Program-made: the position numbers and the translations under genes
The notes under the pieces: model-generated
What the model saw: only the letters and a program-made list of their open reading frames with translations
Database searches by the model: none
What the model was told of the DNA's origin: nothing
Shown: positions 1 to 11,567 of the stretch, one piece after another
Numbering within the stretch: the first letter of the stretch is position 1
Layout of the letters: each line of letters begins with the position of its first letter
Assembly: GCF_001194135.2 (NCBI RefSeq)
Contig: NC_068981.1
Coordinates: 88,552,174 to 88,616,173, forward strand
Source of the DNA: Octopus bimaculoides
Lineage: Eukaryota
Direction: 5' to 3'
DNA: 64,000 nt

Positions 1-29
1 TATATGTGTGTGTGTGTGTGTGTGTGTGT

Positions 30-240
30 ATAAGTTTGTATTTCTGTGTTTGTCCCCCCAACATCGCTTGACAACCGATGCTGGTGTGTTTACGTCCCCG
101 TAACTCAGCGGTTCGGCAAAAAAAGACAGGTAGAATAAGTACTAGGCTTACAAAGAATAAGTCCTGGGGTCGATTTGCTCGACTAAAGGCTGTGCTCCAG
201 CGTGGCCACAGTCAAATGACTGAAACAAATGTGTTTGTGT
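30..240 (+). mobile_element. SINE family A, 3' half
   Basis: Matches the 3' half of the full-length copy at 53033-53474 (gacaaccgatg...cggttcggcaaaa...aataagtactaggctt...cagtcaaatgactgaaacaa). It follows a (TG)n tract like the internal tract of other copies. Confidence 0.85.
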
Positions 241-519
241 TTAACATCTTGACTTTCATCTTTCATCATGATGTCTGTCTAGGGACTGGGGGACTGTAGT
301 TTCGATAGAGGTCTACGGAAGTTCGAGTGTCGTGTCAAAGTGAACAAGAAATGACCAATATATTGGCTGTCGTTTAAATATATTATTTCGTATATGTGGA
401 AAAAGTGGTATTATAAGCACCTTGTTTCTGGCATGCTTCACGCAGTGTGATAATAATGACACACCATTGTTGAATTGAACTATCGTGTTAGGTAGTTTAG
501 CTACAGAGCTAAAAGGAAC

Positions 520-566
520 ACAGTTACGTTTCGACGTATTTTTCATCTCTCTGTCTTCAATCTGCA
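520..566 (-). ncRNA. Degenerate minimal hammerhead-like motif (Penelope-like pLTR remnant)
   Basis: Minus strand reads gcagattgaagacagagagatgaaaatacgtcgaaacgtaactg: UUGAAGA core, GAAA, ACGU palindromic stem III, GUA triplet, partial stem I (cag/ctg). Confidence 0.3.
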
Positions 567-694
567 ATAGAAAAAGCAATTAGAACAGCTTCCAGTACTA
601 ATCTTAGTTATTCCCCGGTGGGAAAGTTAAACGAGAACGAGAATACACTATTCCCTCACGGCTATCTATCTATGTATCTATCTATGTATGTATG

Positions 695-745
<51 letters not shown>

Positions 746-1316
746 GTAAATACACACACACACACATATACATATATATATATGTACATACATGCATGTA
801 CATGTATACACACATATACGTATATATATACACGCACATACATACATACATACATACATACATACATACACACATACACGCACACACACACATACACACA
901 CACACATATATATATAGAGAGAGAGAGTAAAAGGGAAAGAGTGAGAGAGAGGGAGAGGGAGAGAGGAGAAGAGAGTGAGATAGAGAAAATTTACCATCAC
1001 GAAATACTTAAGCCGAATAAACACCAGTTATCTTTAATTGCTTTTATATCTTGTTCGCTTCCTCAGCAGCAATAGTGTTTGCGAGACTGCTAAGCTATTA
1101 AATCCTCTTGCTTAACCTCAAGAGGACAGAGGGCGCTGGCAAATGGAACTTTCTTCCCATTTATGTTTACAAACCGTTATGACTGTGGACAGTAATGTCT
1201 TGCTAGTGTTCTTGCATAGTTGGTTAGTTACCACATTTAATTATAAAATTGCATCAGTAAAATATCACATATAGACTCTATACGTTTTTTCAATTTGTTT
1301 CTCTTATAGTATATAT

Positions 1317-1388
<72 letters not shown>

Positions 1389-1849
1389 ACGCGCGTGTGT
1401 CTATGTATTTGCTCATCGATCAGGATAGATAGTCAAATGATTCTTGAATCATGAATAACGCTATCGATTTTTGCGAATGTGTTTACTTAGTTTTAGACAG
1501 TTTTGTTTTAAGAAGATACAATTAAGAAAACTATATTATTCTTTTATGACTATCTTATTCTTCTGTTCTTTTCTATTAAGAATAGAATAAAAACATATTA
1601 AAATTGTGTAAATAAAAAAAAATATTTCCGTAAACGTAGCAATAAAATGTGAGAAACATTTAAATATATGAATAAATTCATATAAGGTATTGCATATATC
1701 TAGCAATGATCTTAACAGGCGATCGACTTGAAAATCAGCGATACATCAGGAGGATATCATGTCTTTAATTCTGTGTCATATAGATGTCACAGATTTGACG
1801 CTTAATATACACTAATTTTGTTCATAATTGTAAATACTATAGAGAGGTT

Positions 1850-2120
1850 TAGAGGATCGTGTAATCTTCAAGAACATTGTACAAACGAAAAGCATTTAAC
1901 CATTGCTTCATTTTCGACACCAGTTTTATGCTACACTTCATGCAATGATTCTGATCTTTCGAACATTTAGTAGTTCAAATCAGAGGTGCAATCTGTGTGG
2001 GTGTTGTTTCAGAACATTGTCTGGTTTAAAAAGCCACATCAGACGCCATGAAGGGACTAAGGTGTAGGTACAGGAGGTGGTCAAACTCTGTGTAAGGAGT
2101 AGACAACCACCAACGACCAT
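1850..2120 (+). mobile_element. LINE 3' end, probably RTE clade, with a C-terminal C2H2 zinc finger
   Basis: 1981-2067 translates QRCNLCGCCFRTLSGLKSHIRRHEGTKV*, a perfect C-x2-C-x12-H-x3-H followed by a stop, with no TGEKP linker. RTE ORF2 proteins end in a single finger of this form. A short UTR ends in (ACC)-like repeats. Confidence 0.5.
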
Positions 2121-2481
2121 GTATGTAGACAATGATTCAAATAAACAGATAAAACCTTGGGTTATAATGTAATATATATATATATGTTTGTATGTATACA
2201 TGTAAAAAGAGAAGGCTCAAATTTTCAGATGATAAACAATCAAGTATATATATATGATATATATACGCGCGCGCACCCCCCCCCCCNNNNNNNNNNNNNN
2301 CCCCCCCCATATTTTTATAGAGCAGACTTACTTGGGTTACCTTCATAGTCAATTTTTGCCCTGCTGACTTGGTCCTCGGTGAAGATATCGGAGTGTAAGT
2401 TCAAGTTATTTGAGCGCTACTGTTTTCTATATCGAGATTCTCTCAATCTTATCTGTTGTCTCTTATGTATGTATGTATGTA

Positions 2482-2875
2482 TGTTGAGTTTAATTTAAGT
2501 CCTTGAGAGAGAATTCAAGCCGGTTGCTGACAAAGCATGAAAACTATTTGAGTTAAGTGAGTTCCCGATGTTTGTAAATATGTGGTTGAGTTGGTATGTT
2601 GTTTGAACTTTCGATACATACAACCAAGTGTGCGCATCTATTCGCATAAGAACCTCAGATGGATAATTTTGGAATGTCTTACAAATCTTCACTGTGCCAC
2701 TAATAAATCCTATTTGGAAAATTCGCGTCAGTTTCTTTTGCTCTTTCTCTGTGAAACCGAGTATTTCTAGGTTTTTGTGCAAATTGGTTCGTACATAACC
2801 TAATGCACCCATGATGATAGGTACAAATGAGAATTTATAGTAAGAATACAAGAGCTGTAAGTTCCGCATTAATTC
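2482..2875 (-). mobile_element. R4/Dong-like (RLE) LINE 3' fragment
   Basis: ORF 2495-2869 contains FVPIIMGALGYV...LEILGF...IFQIGFISGTVKICKTF. This resembles the 'PIIIGALG...LQ...GT..I' C-terminus of RLE-type LINEs. Both ends are flanked by (TATG)n. Confidence 0.65.
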
Positions 2876-2906
<31 letters not shown>

Positions 2907-2914
2907 TGTATGTG

Positions 2915-3296
2915 TTGGCATTCCGTCGCTTACGACGTCGATGGTTCCAGTTGATCCGATCAACGGAACAGCCTGCTCGTGAAATTAACGTGCATGTGGC
3001 TGAGCACTCCACAGACACGTGTACTCTTAACGTAGTTCTCGGGGATATTCAGCGTGACACAGTGTGGCAAGGCTGGCCATTTGAAATACAGGCACAGCAG
3101 AAATAGGAAGTAAGAGTGAGAGAAAGCTGTGGTGGAAGAGTACAGCAGGGTTCGCCACCATCCTCTGCCGGAGCCTCGTGGAACTCTAGGTGTTTTCGCT
3201 CAATAAACACTCACAACGCCCGGTCTGGGAATCGAAACCGCGATTCTATGACCGCGAGTCCGCTGCCCTAACCACTGAGCCATTGCGCCTCCACAT
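2915..3296 (-). mobile_element. SINE family C, full length
   Basis: tRNA-like head with A box tggctcagtgg and B box gtttcgattcc. Collinear along its whole length with 37540-37928. The 3' end has the hairpin cgtcg-taag-cgacg, and the element sits in (CATA)n. Confidence 0.9.
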
Positions 3297-3659
3297 GTAT
3301 GCATGTATGTATGTATGTATGTATGTATGTATGTATGTATGTATGTGTGTATGTATGTTTGTATGAATGAATACATGTATGTATTTCTGTATCCTAACTT
3401 GATTTCTTGTATAAAATTAAATGTCCGAAAAAAAAAAAAACCCCCCAAAAAAGCAAAAGGAGGAAGCTGTGTTTTCCTTCTCTCAAATTCAGATAAAACA
3501 AACGACTTCAGAAATTGCTGAACGATGACAAATTGAACAAGAATTTCGCCAAGAATCTTGTGATTAGCACGAAATATTCTCTAAACTTAAAGAGCCATTA
3601 AATCAGAAATTTATACAAGTTAAACATTTAAACATAACTTCTCTGACTTCTACCCACAA

Positions 3660-3963
3660 TTCTCCTCCTACTACTCGATATCGTGATAATTATTATCTCT
3701 ATTATTATATTTATTGTCATCATCATCATCATCATCGTCGTCGTCGTCGTCGTCGTCGTCGTCATCATCATCATCGTCATCATTAGTGTCGTCATTATTA
3801 CGATGATAACGATCAACGTTATCATTGTCATACGCACATTGTCATCACGATCAACACGATCACCCAGACGATGGCAGCAACAGTAGAAATGATGAATATG
3901 ACAGGGAGTAGGGAAAAGAAGCAGAGGAGGTAGAGGTGGGAGGCAACGGTTCAGGGTTTGACT

Positions 3964-4003
<40 letters not shown>

Positions 4004-4545
4004 TGACAATTATTGAGATTCATGAAGATAAAGATGCTGATGATCATGATAATGAAGGTCATGTTGATTATAATGGTTATAATGAAGGTTATGATGATGA
4101 TTATGATGATAACACTGTTTCCAACAATGATGATGTTACTGTTTCTTGAAAATGACTACCAGGACATTGATAATAATGATATAATCATCATTGTCATCAT
4201 CATCATTATCGTCAATCTCATCATCATCGTCGTCGTCGTCATCATTATCATCATCGCTGTCGTCATTGTCGTCGTCATCATCATCATCATCATCATAATC
4301 ACAAAAAAGAGTCTGTTAGTTATTCTCGTTCAGTATTGAAATAGTGTTTAAGTGACATTAAGTAGAAGCTGTTAAGTCCTCCTGCTCCTCCTCCTGCTCC
4401 TGCTCCTCCTGCTCCTGCTTCTCCTTCTCCTCCTGCTCCTGCTCCTGCTCCTTCTCCTGCTCCTCCTTCTCCTCCCGCTCCTGCTCCTTCTCCTCCTGCT
4501 GCTGCTGCTGCTCCTCCTCCTCCTCTTCCTCCTCCTCTTTATTTG
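3660..4545. repeat. Compound trinucleotide microsatellite block (ATC/GTC/GAC/GAT, then CTC/CTG)
   Basis: Directly visible. It is the source of the poly-I/V/T/M/D/E/Q ORFs. Confidence 0.9.
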
Positions 4546-5329
4546 ATTTTTTTCCCTTTTGCAATCATTAATTTTACAAATGTAAGATAAGATGAGCGCG
4601 CAAACGACTAATGCGTGTTATTACACAGCTATTAGGATTAATGAACGCAATTTGCTAATTGGCTATTTTATATGTTTTCGCTTTTCTTTTTTACTACTTC
4701 TTGATGATCCTGGTGCCAATTTCATTGTATTCACTTCATAGAGAATACATTTAAATACACTGGAACGGTTTTCCCATAATCTACTCCAAGCTAAGGAGAT
4801 GAATTGAAAAAAACAAACAAAAACAAACAAAAACCCCAAAAAACAACAACCCAGTACTGCAAATATGATGCCAATTATACAACATACTCTCTTTGTTCAA
4901 GGGCATGCTTTCGCTTGGTACCTGTTAACACCTTGCTGAGTGAGCCAGATAAAATTACTGTATTTTCTAGCATGTAAAGGCGCCATGCATAGCGGATTAG
5001 GTGTTAGGAATACAATCATTTAGTTGGTGGGATTCCACTCAAAAGTCGAATGTAGAGTTGTGTTCTTCAGCAAAGCGTTTCATTTCACGTTGTTGCAAGG
5101 TCAAACCTCCAGTTATCGCTGGAAATGGGTACCAGTGGCAGCTGGAAGTTTACTCTTGTGACAGCTTGATATCCCGTTCAGTGTTTCTTTCTTTTTGTTT
5201 TGAAATCTCAGTCACTCAAACGTCACGGAAACCGAAAAATGCTTATGCTTAAATTACTTTGTAATCTTGATATAAACTTTAACTATATTTTCCAGTGTGG
5301 AGGGCGTTACTTTTCTTCCTTAAAATATG

Positions 5330-6461
5330 CTTCAAAAATTGACACTGCATTCAAGAAGATGAAGGCTTAAATTTTCATAAGACAGTTTGGACCCAAGAGG
5401 GTACAAATATAAGAAGCCTAATATACCATCTCATAAGGGTACACCAGACACATGCATCACAACCATATGTGCGCGACATGGTGATCTCATATCAAGATAA
5501 ATATCGCATGACCTTGCAGGTTGGACCCAGTTAGAATTTTCTTTAGGTCGTGTTGCCCATCCCACTCAAAAGGTCCCTGAATAAGGGTTGTTTTAAAAGG
5601 ATGATGAACAAAACACCCTTGTTTCCAGTGGTGAATTATTCAAACCCCAAAGAATTCCTCTCAACACATGGCTATGATGCTCCCCCACTACTTCTGCTCA
5701 TGATCAGAGATGCACATATCGTCAACCAACAAGGGACATGCTCAACTGGTTATGGTCAAACAACTGACAAGCAAATCTGTGGTATTGAGCAGAATATTTG
5801 CTGTAGCCCATCTTGGATCTATTTTAAAACGGGGGCCACATTTTTCATTAATGTTTTACGTAGTGTTTTTGGTACGGAAAGACTTTCAAACTTCGTATAC
5901 TTATCTATTTTGTGTTATAGAACAGAAAAATATTTTTGTATTCGAATTTATTTCATGTAAAAAATTGTCTTATTTCGATAATTTCAACCAATCACTGACN
6001 NNNNNNNNNNNNNNNNNNNNNNNNNNNNNNNNNNNNNNNNNNNNNNNNNNNNNNNNNNNNNNNNNNNNNNNNNNNNNTAACCCTAACCCTAACCCTAACG
6101 TTAGGGTTAGGGTTAGGGTTAATTGTTTCAGAATCGTTTGTTTATGTAGTCGGCACTTAATGTATATCGGCTGAATGGACGTCAGTGATTGGTTGAAATT
6201 ACAGAAATACGACAACTTTAACATGGAATAACTTATGGATTTCTTTTTTTTTTTTAAGAAGACTAAGAGAAAAAGATGTTTTATATGACACATTCTACCA
6301 GTGTTCCAAGTTTCAAAGTGTTTCGTTAATGAAAAATGTGGCCCCCGTTTTAAAAAAGATCCCCCATCTTTCATACCAAAGCAAAACAATGTACATGATA
6401 ACACTTCCAATCAGTTAAGATCAAAAGCCATGAGAGCCACTGTCTGGTACTGCATCAGGAC

Positions 6462-6527
<66 letters not shown>

Positions 6528-6535
6528 CATTATTA

Positions 6536-6625
<90 letters not shown>
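5330..6625 (+). mobile_element. Probable SINE-like repeat (family G) ending in (ATT)n, interrupted by a MITE
   Basis: Non-coding sequence on either side of the 8-bp TSD of the 5815-6362 MITE, ending in ...ctggtactgcatcaggacattt(att)n like a retroposon tail. There is no second copy in the window, so boundaries are approximate. Confidence 0.4.
5815..6362. mobile_element. Merlin-like foldback MITE with a telomeric-repeat palindrome core
   Basis: 37-bp TIRs ggatctattttaaaacgggggccacatttttcattaa (1 mismatch). 8-bp TSD cccatctt at 5807-5814 and 6363-6370. Inner perfect 21-bp inverted repeat at 5979-5999 and 6181-6201. 44-bp perfect palindrome (TAACCC)3TAAC|GTTA(GGGTTA)3 at 6078-6121. GG termini plus an 8-bp TSD fit Merlin; hAT or P are alternatives. 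Confidence 0.85.
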
Positions 6626-6626
<1 letters not shown>

Positions 6627-6985
6627 GACAGAAATCTGACAGAATCGTTAGTATTCCAGACAAAATACTGAGCGGTATTTCGTCTGTCATTACGTTGTCG
6701 ATAAAATAAGTACCAGTTGCGCACTGGTGTCGATATAATCGACTTTCCCCTCCCCCAAATTTCATGCCTTGTGCCTATTGCAGGAAGGATTATTATTATT
6801 ATTATTATTACTATTAAGGCGGAAAGCTGGCTAAATCGTTAGCACGCCAGGCAAAATGCTTATCGGCATGCTGCTAAGCATTACGCTGTGAATTCAAATT
6901 CTGGCAAGGTCGGCTTTGCCTCTCATCCTTTCGGGGTCGATAAAATAAGTACCAGCTGCGCACTGGGGTCAATATAATCTACTAG
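6625..6985 (+). mobile_element. Two tandem SINE family B copies; the first has the B2 tail and an internal deletion
   Basis: Both show the agctggcagaatcgttag-type head and the gtcgataaaataagtaccag.tgcgcactgg body. The first ends ...gccttgtgcctattgcaggaagg(att)n. Confidence 0.8.
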
Positions 6986-7912
6986 ATCCCGCCTTATATC
7001 CATAGTAGAAGAGATTAAAGAAGGTTAGGGGTAAAAAGTTACACCAGAAGTTTGGTGGTGGATGCCCAGCGTTTGTCAGTATGATAATCACTGACAAATT
7101 CCAATTTTTTTGTTGTTGATGGCATTTAACTGTTTTTATGACATCTTCCTGCTTTAAGAAAGGCGTTAACGACATAGATTTTTATTCTCTCGCTCAACGC
7201 TGTTATAAATGTGGGACCGTGAGGCCTGGAAATTTAATCAATATCAAAAGATATAAAGTCACATGCTGGAATGAAAAGAAGACACAAGAGGAGGGCAAGT
7301 AGATATATAATCCATTCGATGTGAAAGTTAGTTAAGAAATGGGTCGAGGTTAAAGGTGTTTTATTGGGATTTCTGCAAATGCGGCTCCATTATCGATACA
7401 ATATCACTGCAGTAATGCTAATCCTTTTAGTATCTTCAACTTCTTAGAACGCCGGAAACCATTAGGCTTTTATGCAGGTTGAGAGTTCACCAGCAGATAT
7501 TGCGTATGATTCGGTCAAGATTAGTGGTGTTTAATAGTATTGTTGTCAGTTACAAAAGAGAATAAACGAACAAAGCGAACAGAATGTGTGAGAATACTTC
7601 ACAGAGTTTAATAGATGCCTCTTTATCTTAAGAACCTATATGTTTATATGGGTACGCTGTTGGGTGAGTATGTAAGATCTGGTGAGTTTATATACGTAAG
7701 CTGCGAACATTATATGAACCACATTTGATTTCAAAAGTCTTCTAAAGATTTTACATTGAAGAATTATCAATGTAAAATTAGCGGATGTTTATTTACTATA
7801 TACAATTCCATATTTTGATAGTACGGCGGTCTGCCAGTGTGAATTTCTCTCCGATAAATGCATATATGTATCTCACTCTCTCCTTCCACCTCTCTCTCTT
7901 TCCATATATATA

Positions 7913-8690
7913 NNNNNNNNNNNNNNNNNNNNNNNNNNNNNNNNNNNNNNNNNNNNNNNNNNNNNNNNNNNNNNNNNNNNNNNNNNNNNNNNNNNNNNNN
8001 NNNNNNNNNNNNNNNNNNNNNNNNNNNNNNNNNNNNNNNNNNNNNNNNNNNNNNNNNNNNNNNNNNNNNNNNNNNNNNNNNNNNNNNNNNNNNNNNNNNN
8101 NNNNNNNNNNNNNNNNNNNNNNNNNNNNNNNNNNNNNNNNNNNNNNNNNNNNNNNNNNNNNNNNNNNNNNNNNNNNNNNNNNNNNNNNNNNNNNNNNNNN
8201 NNNNNNNNNNNNNNNNNNNNNNNNNNNNNNNNNNNNNNNNNNNNNNNNNNNNNNNNNNNNNNNNNNNNNNNNNNNNNNNNNNNNNNNNNNNNNNNNNNNN
8301 NNNNNNNNNNNNNNNNNNNNNNNNNNNNNNNNNNNNNNNNNNNNNNNNNNNNNNNNNNNNNNNNNNNNNNNNNNNNNNNNNNNNNNNNNNNNNNNNNNNN
8401 NNNNNNNNNNNNNNNNNNNNNNNNNNNNNNNNNNNNNNNNNNNNNNNNNNNNNNNNNNNNNNNNNNNNNNNNNNNNNNNNNNNNNNNNNNNNNNNNNNNN
8501 NNNNNNNNNNNNNNNNNNNNNNNNNNNNNNNNNNNNNNNNNNNNNNNNNNNNNNNNNNNNNNNNNNNNNNNNNNNNNNNNNNNNNNNNNNNNNNNNNNNN
8601 NNNNNNNNNNNNNNNNNNNNNNNNNNNNNNNNNNNNNNNNNNNNNNNNNNNNNNNNNNNNNNNNNNNNNNNNNNNNNNNNNNNNNNNNNN
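7913..8690. other. Assembly gap (others at 16489-16973, 26983-27521, 30709-31225, 57677-58185, plus shorter ones)
   Basis: N runs, mostly bounded by dinucleotide microsatellites. Confidence 0.99.
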
Positions 8691-8732
<42 letters not shown>

Positions 8733-9085
8733 GTTTGTCTGTATGCAGGTATGATGGAAGCCGACTAATGACTATGACCGTTGCTTATTAATGAGCTGCA
8801 AAGCGCAAATGTCTTTTTAACACAGCTTATGATCTGCAACCTTTACCCAGAACTGTTACATAAATGATTTATGACGTATAAGTAATAAATTCCAAAATTT
8901 ATTACATGAATGTCTCTTTTCGACTAGATGTAATGCAAAATTACGAATATATGGATTGTGTATAGATATGAGTGTTTTCAGACAACCACTAGAGAGATCA
9001 CCTTTGTTATACCTAGTATAATCGTACTCGAAACCATCTGGTATGCACAAATGTGTTTATACATACACACATGCATACATTATCT

Positions 9086-9314
9086 TATTTCTTTATTGTC
9101 CACAAGGGGCTAAACATAGAGGGAACAAACAAGGACAGACAAAGGGATTAAGTCGATTACATCGACCGCAGTGCGTAACTGGTACTTTATTTATCGACCC
9201 CGAGAGGATGAAAGGCAAAGTCGACCTCGGCGGAATTTGAACTCAGAACATAACGGCAGATAAAATACCGCTAAGTATTTCGCCCGGCGCGCTAACGATT
9301 CTGCCAGCTCGCCG
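9086..9314 (-). mobile_element. SINE family B, full length, B1 tail
   Basis: Head ggcgagctggcagaatcgttag, B box gagttcaaattcc, tail ctatgtttagccccttgtggacaataaagaaata. Candidate 9-bp TSD acattatct at 9077-9085 and 9315-9323. Nearly identical to 35097-35329. Confidence 0.9.
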
Positions 9315-9316
9315 AC

Positions 9317-9384
<68 letters not shown>

Positions 9385-9710
9385 CACACACACACAACCA
9401 ACAAATATATACACACATACATATATATATGCTAATAATAATTGGTGCACTTGGATTTTTGAGTAAATGTCTAAGCAACACTCTGAATGAGCAGGGATAT
9501 TAGAAAATGAAATAACGAGCTAATTCGCACATTAAAAATATAATTTGTAAGCGAAATGGTTAAAATATGCAAGGCTTTTATCAAATTCAAAATCTGAATT
9601 TGTTGTTTTTTATCTACATTCCAACAATGGAGCTTTGTATTTTGGTTAGAAACCAGTTTCTTCCTTTCAAGAAAGATTTCAAGTAGTCAAAGTAGAAGAG
9701 AACATATATA

Positions 9711-9938
9711 TTGGGTTGTCCGGAAAGTTCGCGCCGATTTATAGTAGGTTACCTTTCGATTTATTTGCCATGAAACCACCTCGATTCTTGGAAGAGAGTA
9801 TTTTCAAGTTAAAAGAAAGATGGAGACGCATTGTGCAACAAAATGGTTCATATTTGGTTGATTAAAAATGTACTGGCAAATATTTATTGACCTTTTTCTT
9901 TCCTTTTAAAATCGGTACGAACTTTCCGGACAACCCAA
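9711..9938 (+). mobile_element. Mariner deletion derivative (mini-element, 228 bp)
   Basis: ~30-bp TIRs ttgggttgtccggaaagttcg(cg/ta)ccgattt with TA on both sides. The interior encodes the transposase C-terminus FLEESIFKLKERWRRIVQQNGSYLVD*. Confidence 0.9.
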
Positions 9939-10631
9939 TATATTTATATACACATGCATACATCACTGAAAACTATCACTGACCTTTGCCCATGCAAAAT
10001 GTCAGCAATGCTCATGCATGAGGTTATTGCACCAGCAGTGGGCTTTACCCAGGTTTGTGCCTGCAGTTTCCATGCTTTCCGCGGCGCCTTCTTACTCGAC
10101 CGGACAATAGAAAGTCGCCCCGCCGGCGATTTCTCAACCTAAAATTTTAGGTCTAATAAGGCTTACACAACACAACACAAACCCTGTCCACCCTACTGAC
10201 GTGATCCAGAGACAAACCAGAGCAAGATATGCAGTGCCAATATGAGTCGCAGGCTCAGGAATGTGGGAGCGCCATGATCTCTACTGCAAGCAAAAATTCC
10301 TTAAAAATATTCAGTGCCATTCTCTGCATATCTAGTTTTATACCAGAGTAACCTTCTCCTAGAAACATGCTGTAACAAAAGCAAAGGGGCGCCCGCAACC
10401 ATTGGTTCTTCAGCACGATGGACACCAACCCAAAATTTCGGAGGGTCTGAGTTATTACTAGATAGTCGTTGAATCTACACTAGGTTCATCCGTTCTATAT
10501 ACACATACATACATACATACATATATCCATCCATCCCTCCATCCCTCCATCCATCCATCCATACATACATACATACATATATACCTATATACATACATAC
10601 ATACATACATACACATGCACACACACACACG

Positions 10632-10685
<54 letters not shown>

Positions 10686-10842
10686 TAACATACGCAGTAG
10701 ACATAAAACAAGACAGATTTAACTATTTCCTCTGCAGATCGAAAGGATGGTGAATAGCCTTGATCGATTTTCGAACCTTATTGGTTCTTAATACATTTGT
10801 CGATATCGATTTGACCAAATCCCAAAGATACAAGTAGCTACT

Positions 10843-10907
10843 CTGTCTAAGTTTCTAAGCTGTACTTCTAAGTTTCTAAGCTGTACTAAATTTCTAAGCC
10901 GTACTTA
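10843..10907. repeat. Three copies of a ~21-bp tandem unit (ctaagtttctaagctgtactt)
   Basis: Directly visible. Confidence 0.7.
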
Positions 10908-11070
10908 GAAGTTTAATCTCGCTAAGTTTAATGTAAATAAATGTAAACAAATGTTTTTATCTCTCCATAGGTAGAGAAATATCGAGATTGTTATGACTAG
11001 ATTCATCTCTATTTAGCGACTCATCGGAAAGCTAGTGCCACAATCTTTCCACACACGGAGTGACTGACAG

Positions 11071-11116
<46 letters not shown>

Positions 11117-11534
11117 CAAACTGTAATTTTTTGTATAATTATATATTGTTAATATAACAATAAATAAAAACAGGCTAGAGTTATGTAGCCATTCTTACCA
11201 TAATTTGTATATATATATATATATATATATCGCTTGTAACGCACATGGTAATTATTGAGGGGAGATAGTGAACTGACGGGCCTATGTAGATTCGGAGGTG
11301 CTGGTAATATTGTGTTGATGCTTGGTAGAGCATGCATAGTTGCCTGCATCTTCAGACCTGCAACTAGAATATCATACTGATGACGGAAATGATTAGCTAA
11401 GACTAGTTAGTTTCGTTGTTTTTCTTCTTGTTTTGTCTTTGTGAGTTATAAGTACTACTATTTGTTGGAGTTTTAGCACTTTAGCTGCTATTTCTGAACT
11501 TCGGTATGTGGTGTACCAACTGTTGCTGATCCCT

Positions 11535-11567
<33 letters not shown>

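Noticed and set aside
688-1075. ORFs rich in YI/HT/SL/ER/CV dipeptides, here and throughout the window
   Set aside because: They are translations of (TA)n, (CA)n, (TC)n and (TATG)n microsatellites, which lack stops in some frames.
1123-1141. CTCF-like motif gacagagggcgctgg
   Set aside because: Only a partial match, lacking the 5' CC, and untestable from sequence alone.
3628-4564. Poly-R/T/I/D and poly-E/Q ORFs
   Set aside because: Trinucleotide microsatellites with no splice or domain context.
6078-6121. Telomere fusion scar or a real chromosome end
   Set aside because: The polarity is CCCTAA then TTAGGG, opposite to a fusion; there are only ~7 units; and they lie inside a TIR/TSD-bounded element.
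7767-8768. Long ORFs spanning N runs (also 16297, 26921, 30587, 57538)
   Set aside because: Their length comes from assembly gaps.
11370-11415. CUGAUGA plus actagt palindrome as a hammerhead
   Set aside because: No intact GAAA, and stems I and II do not pair.
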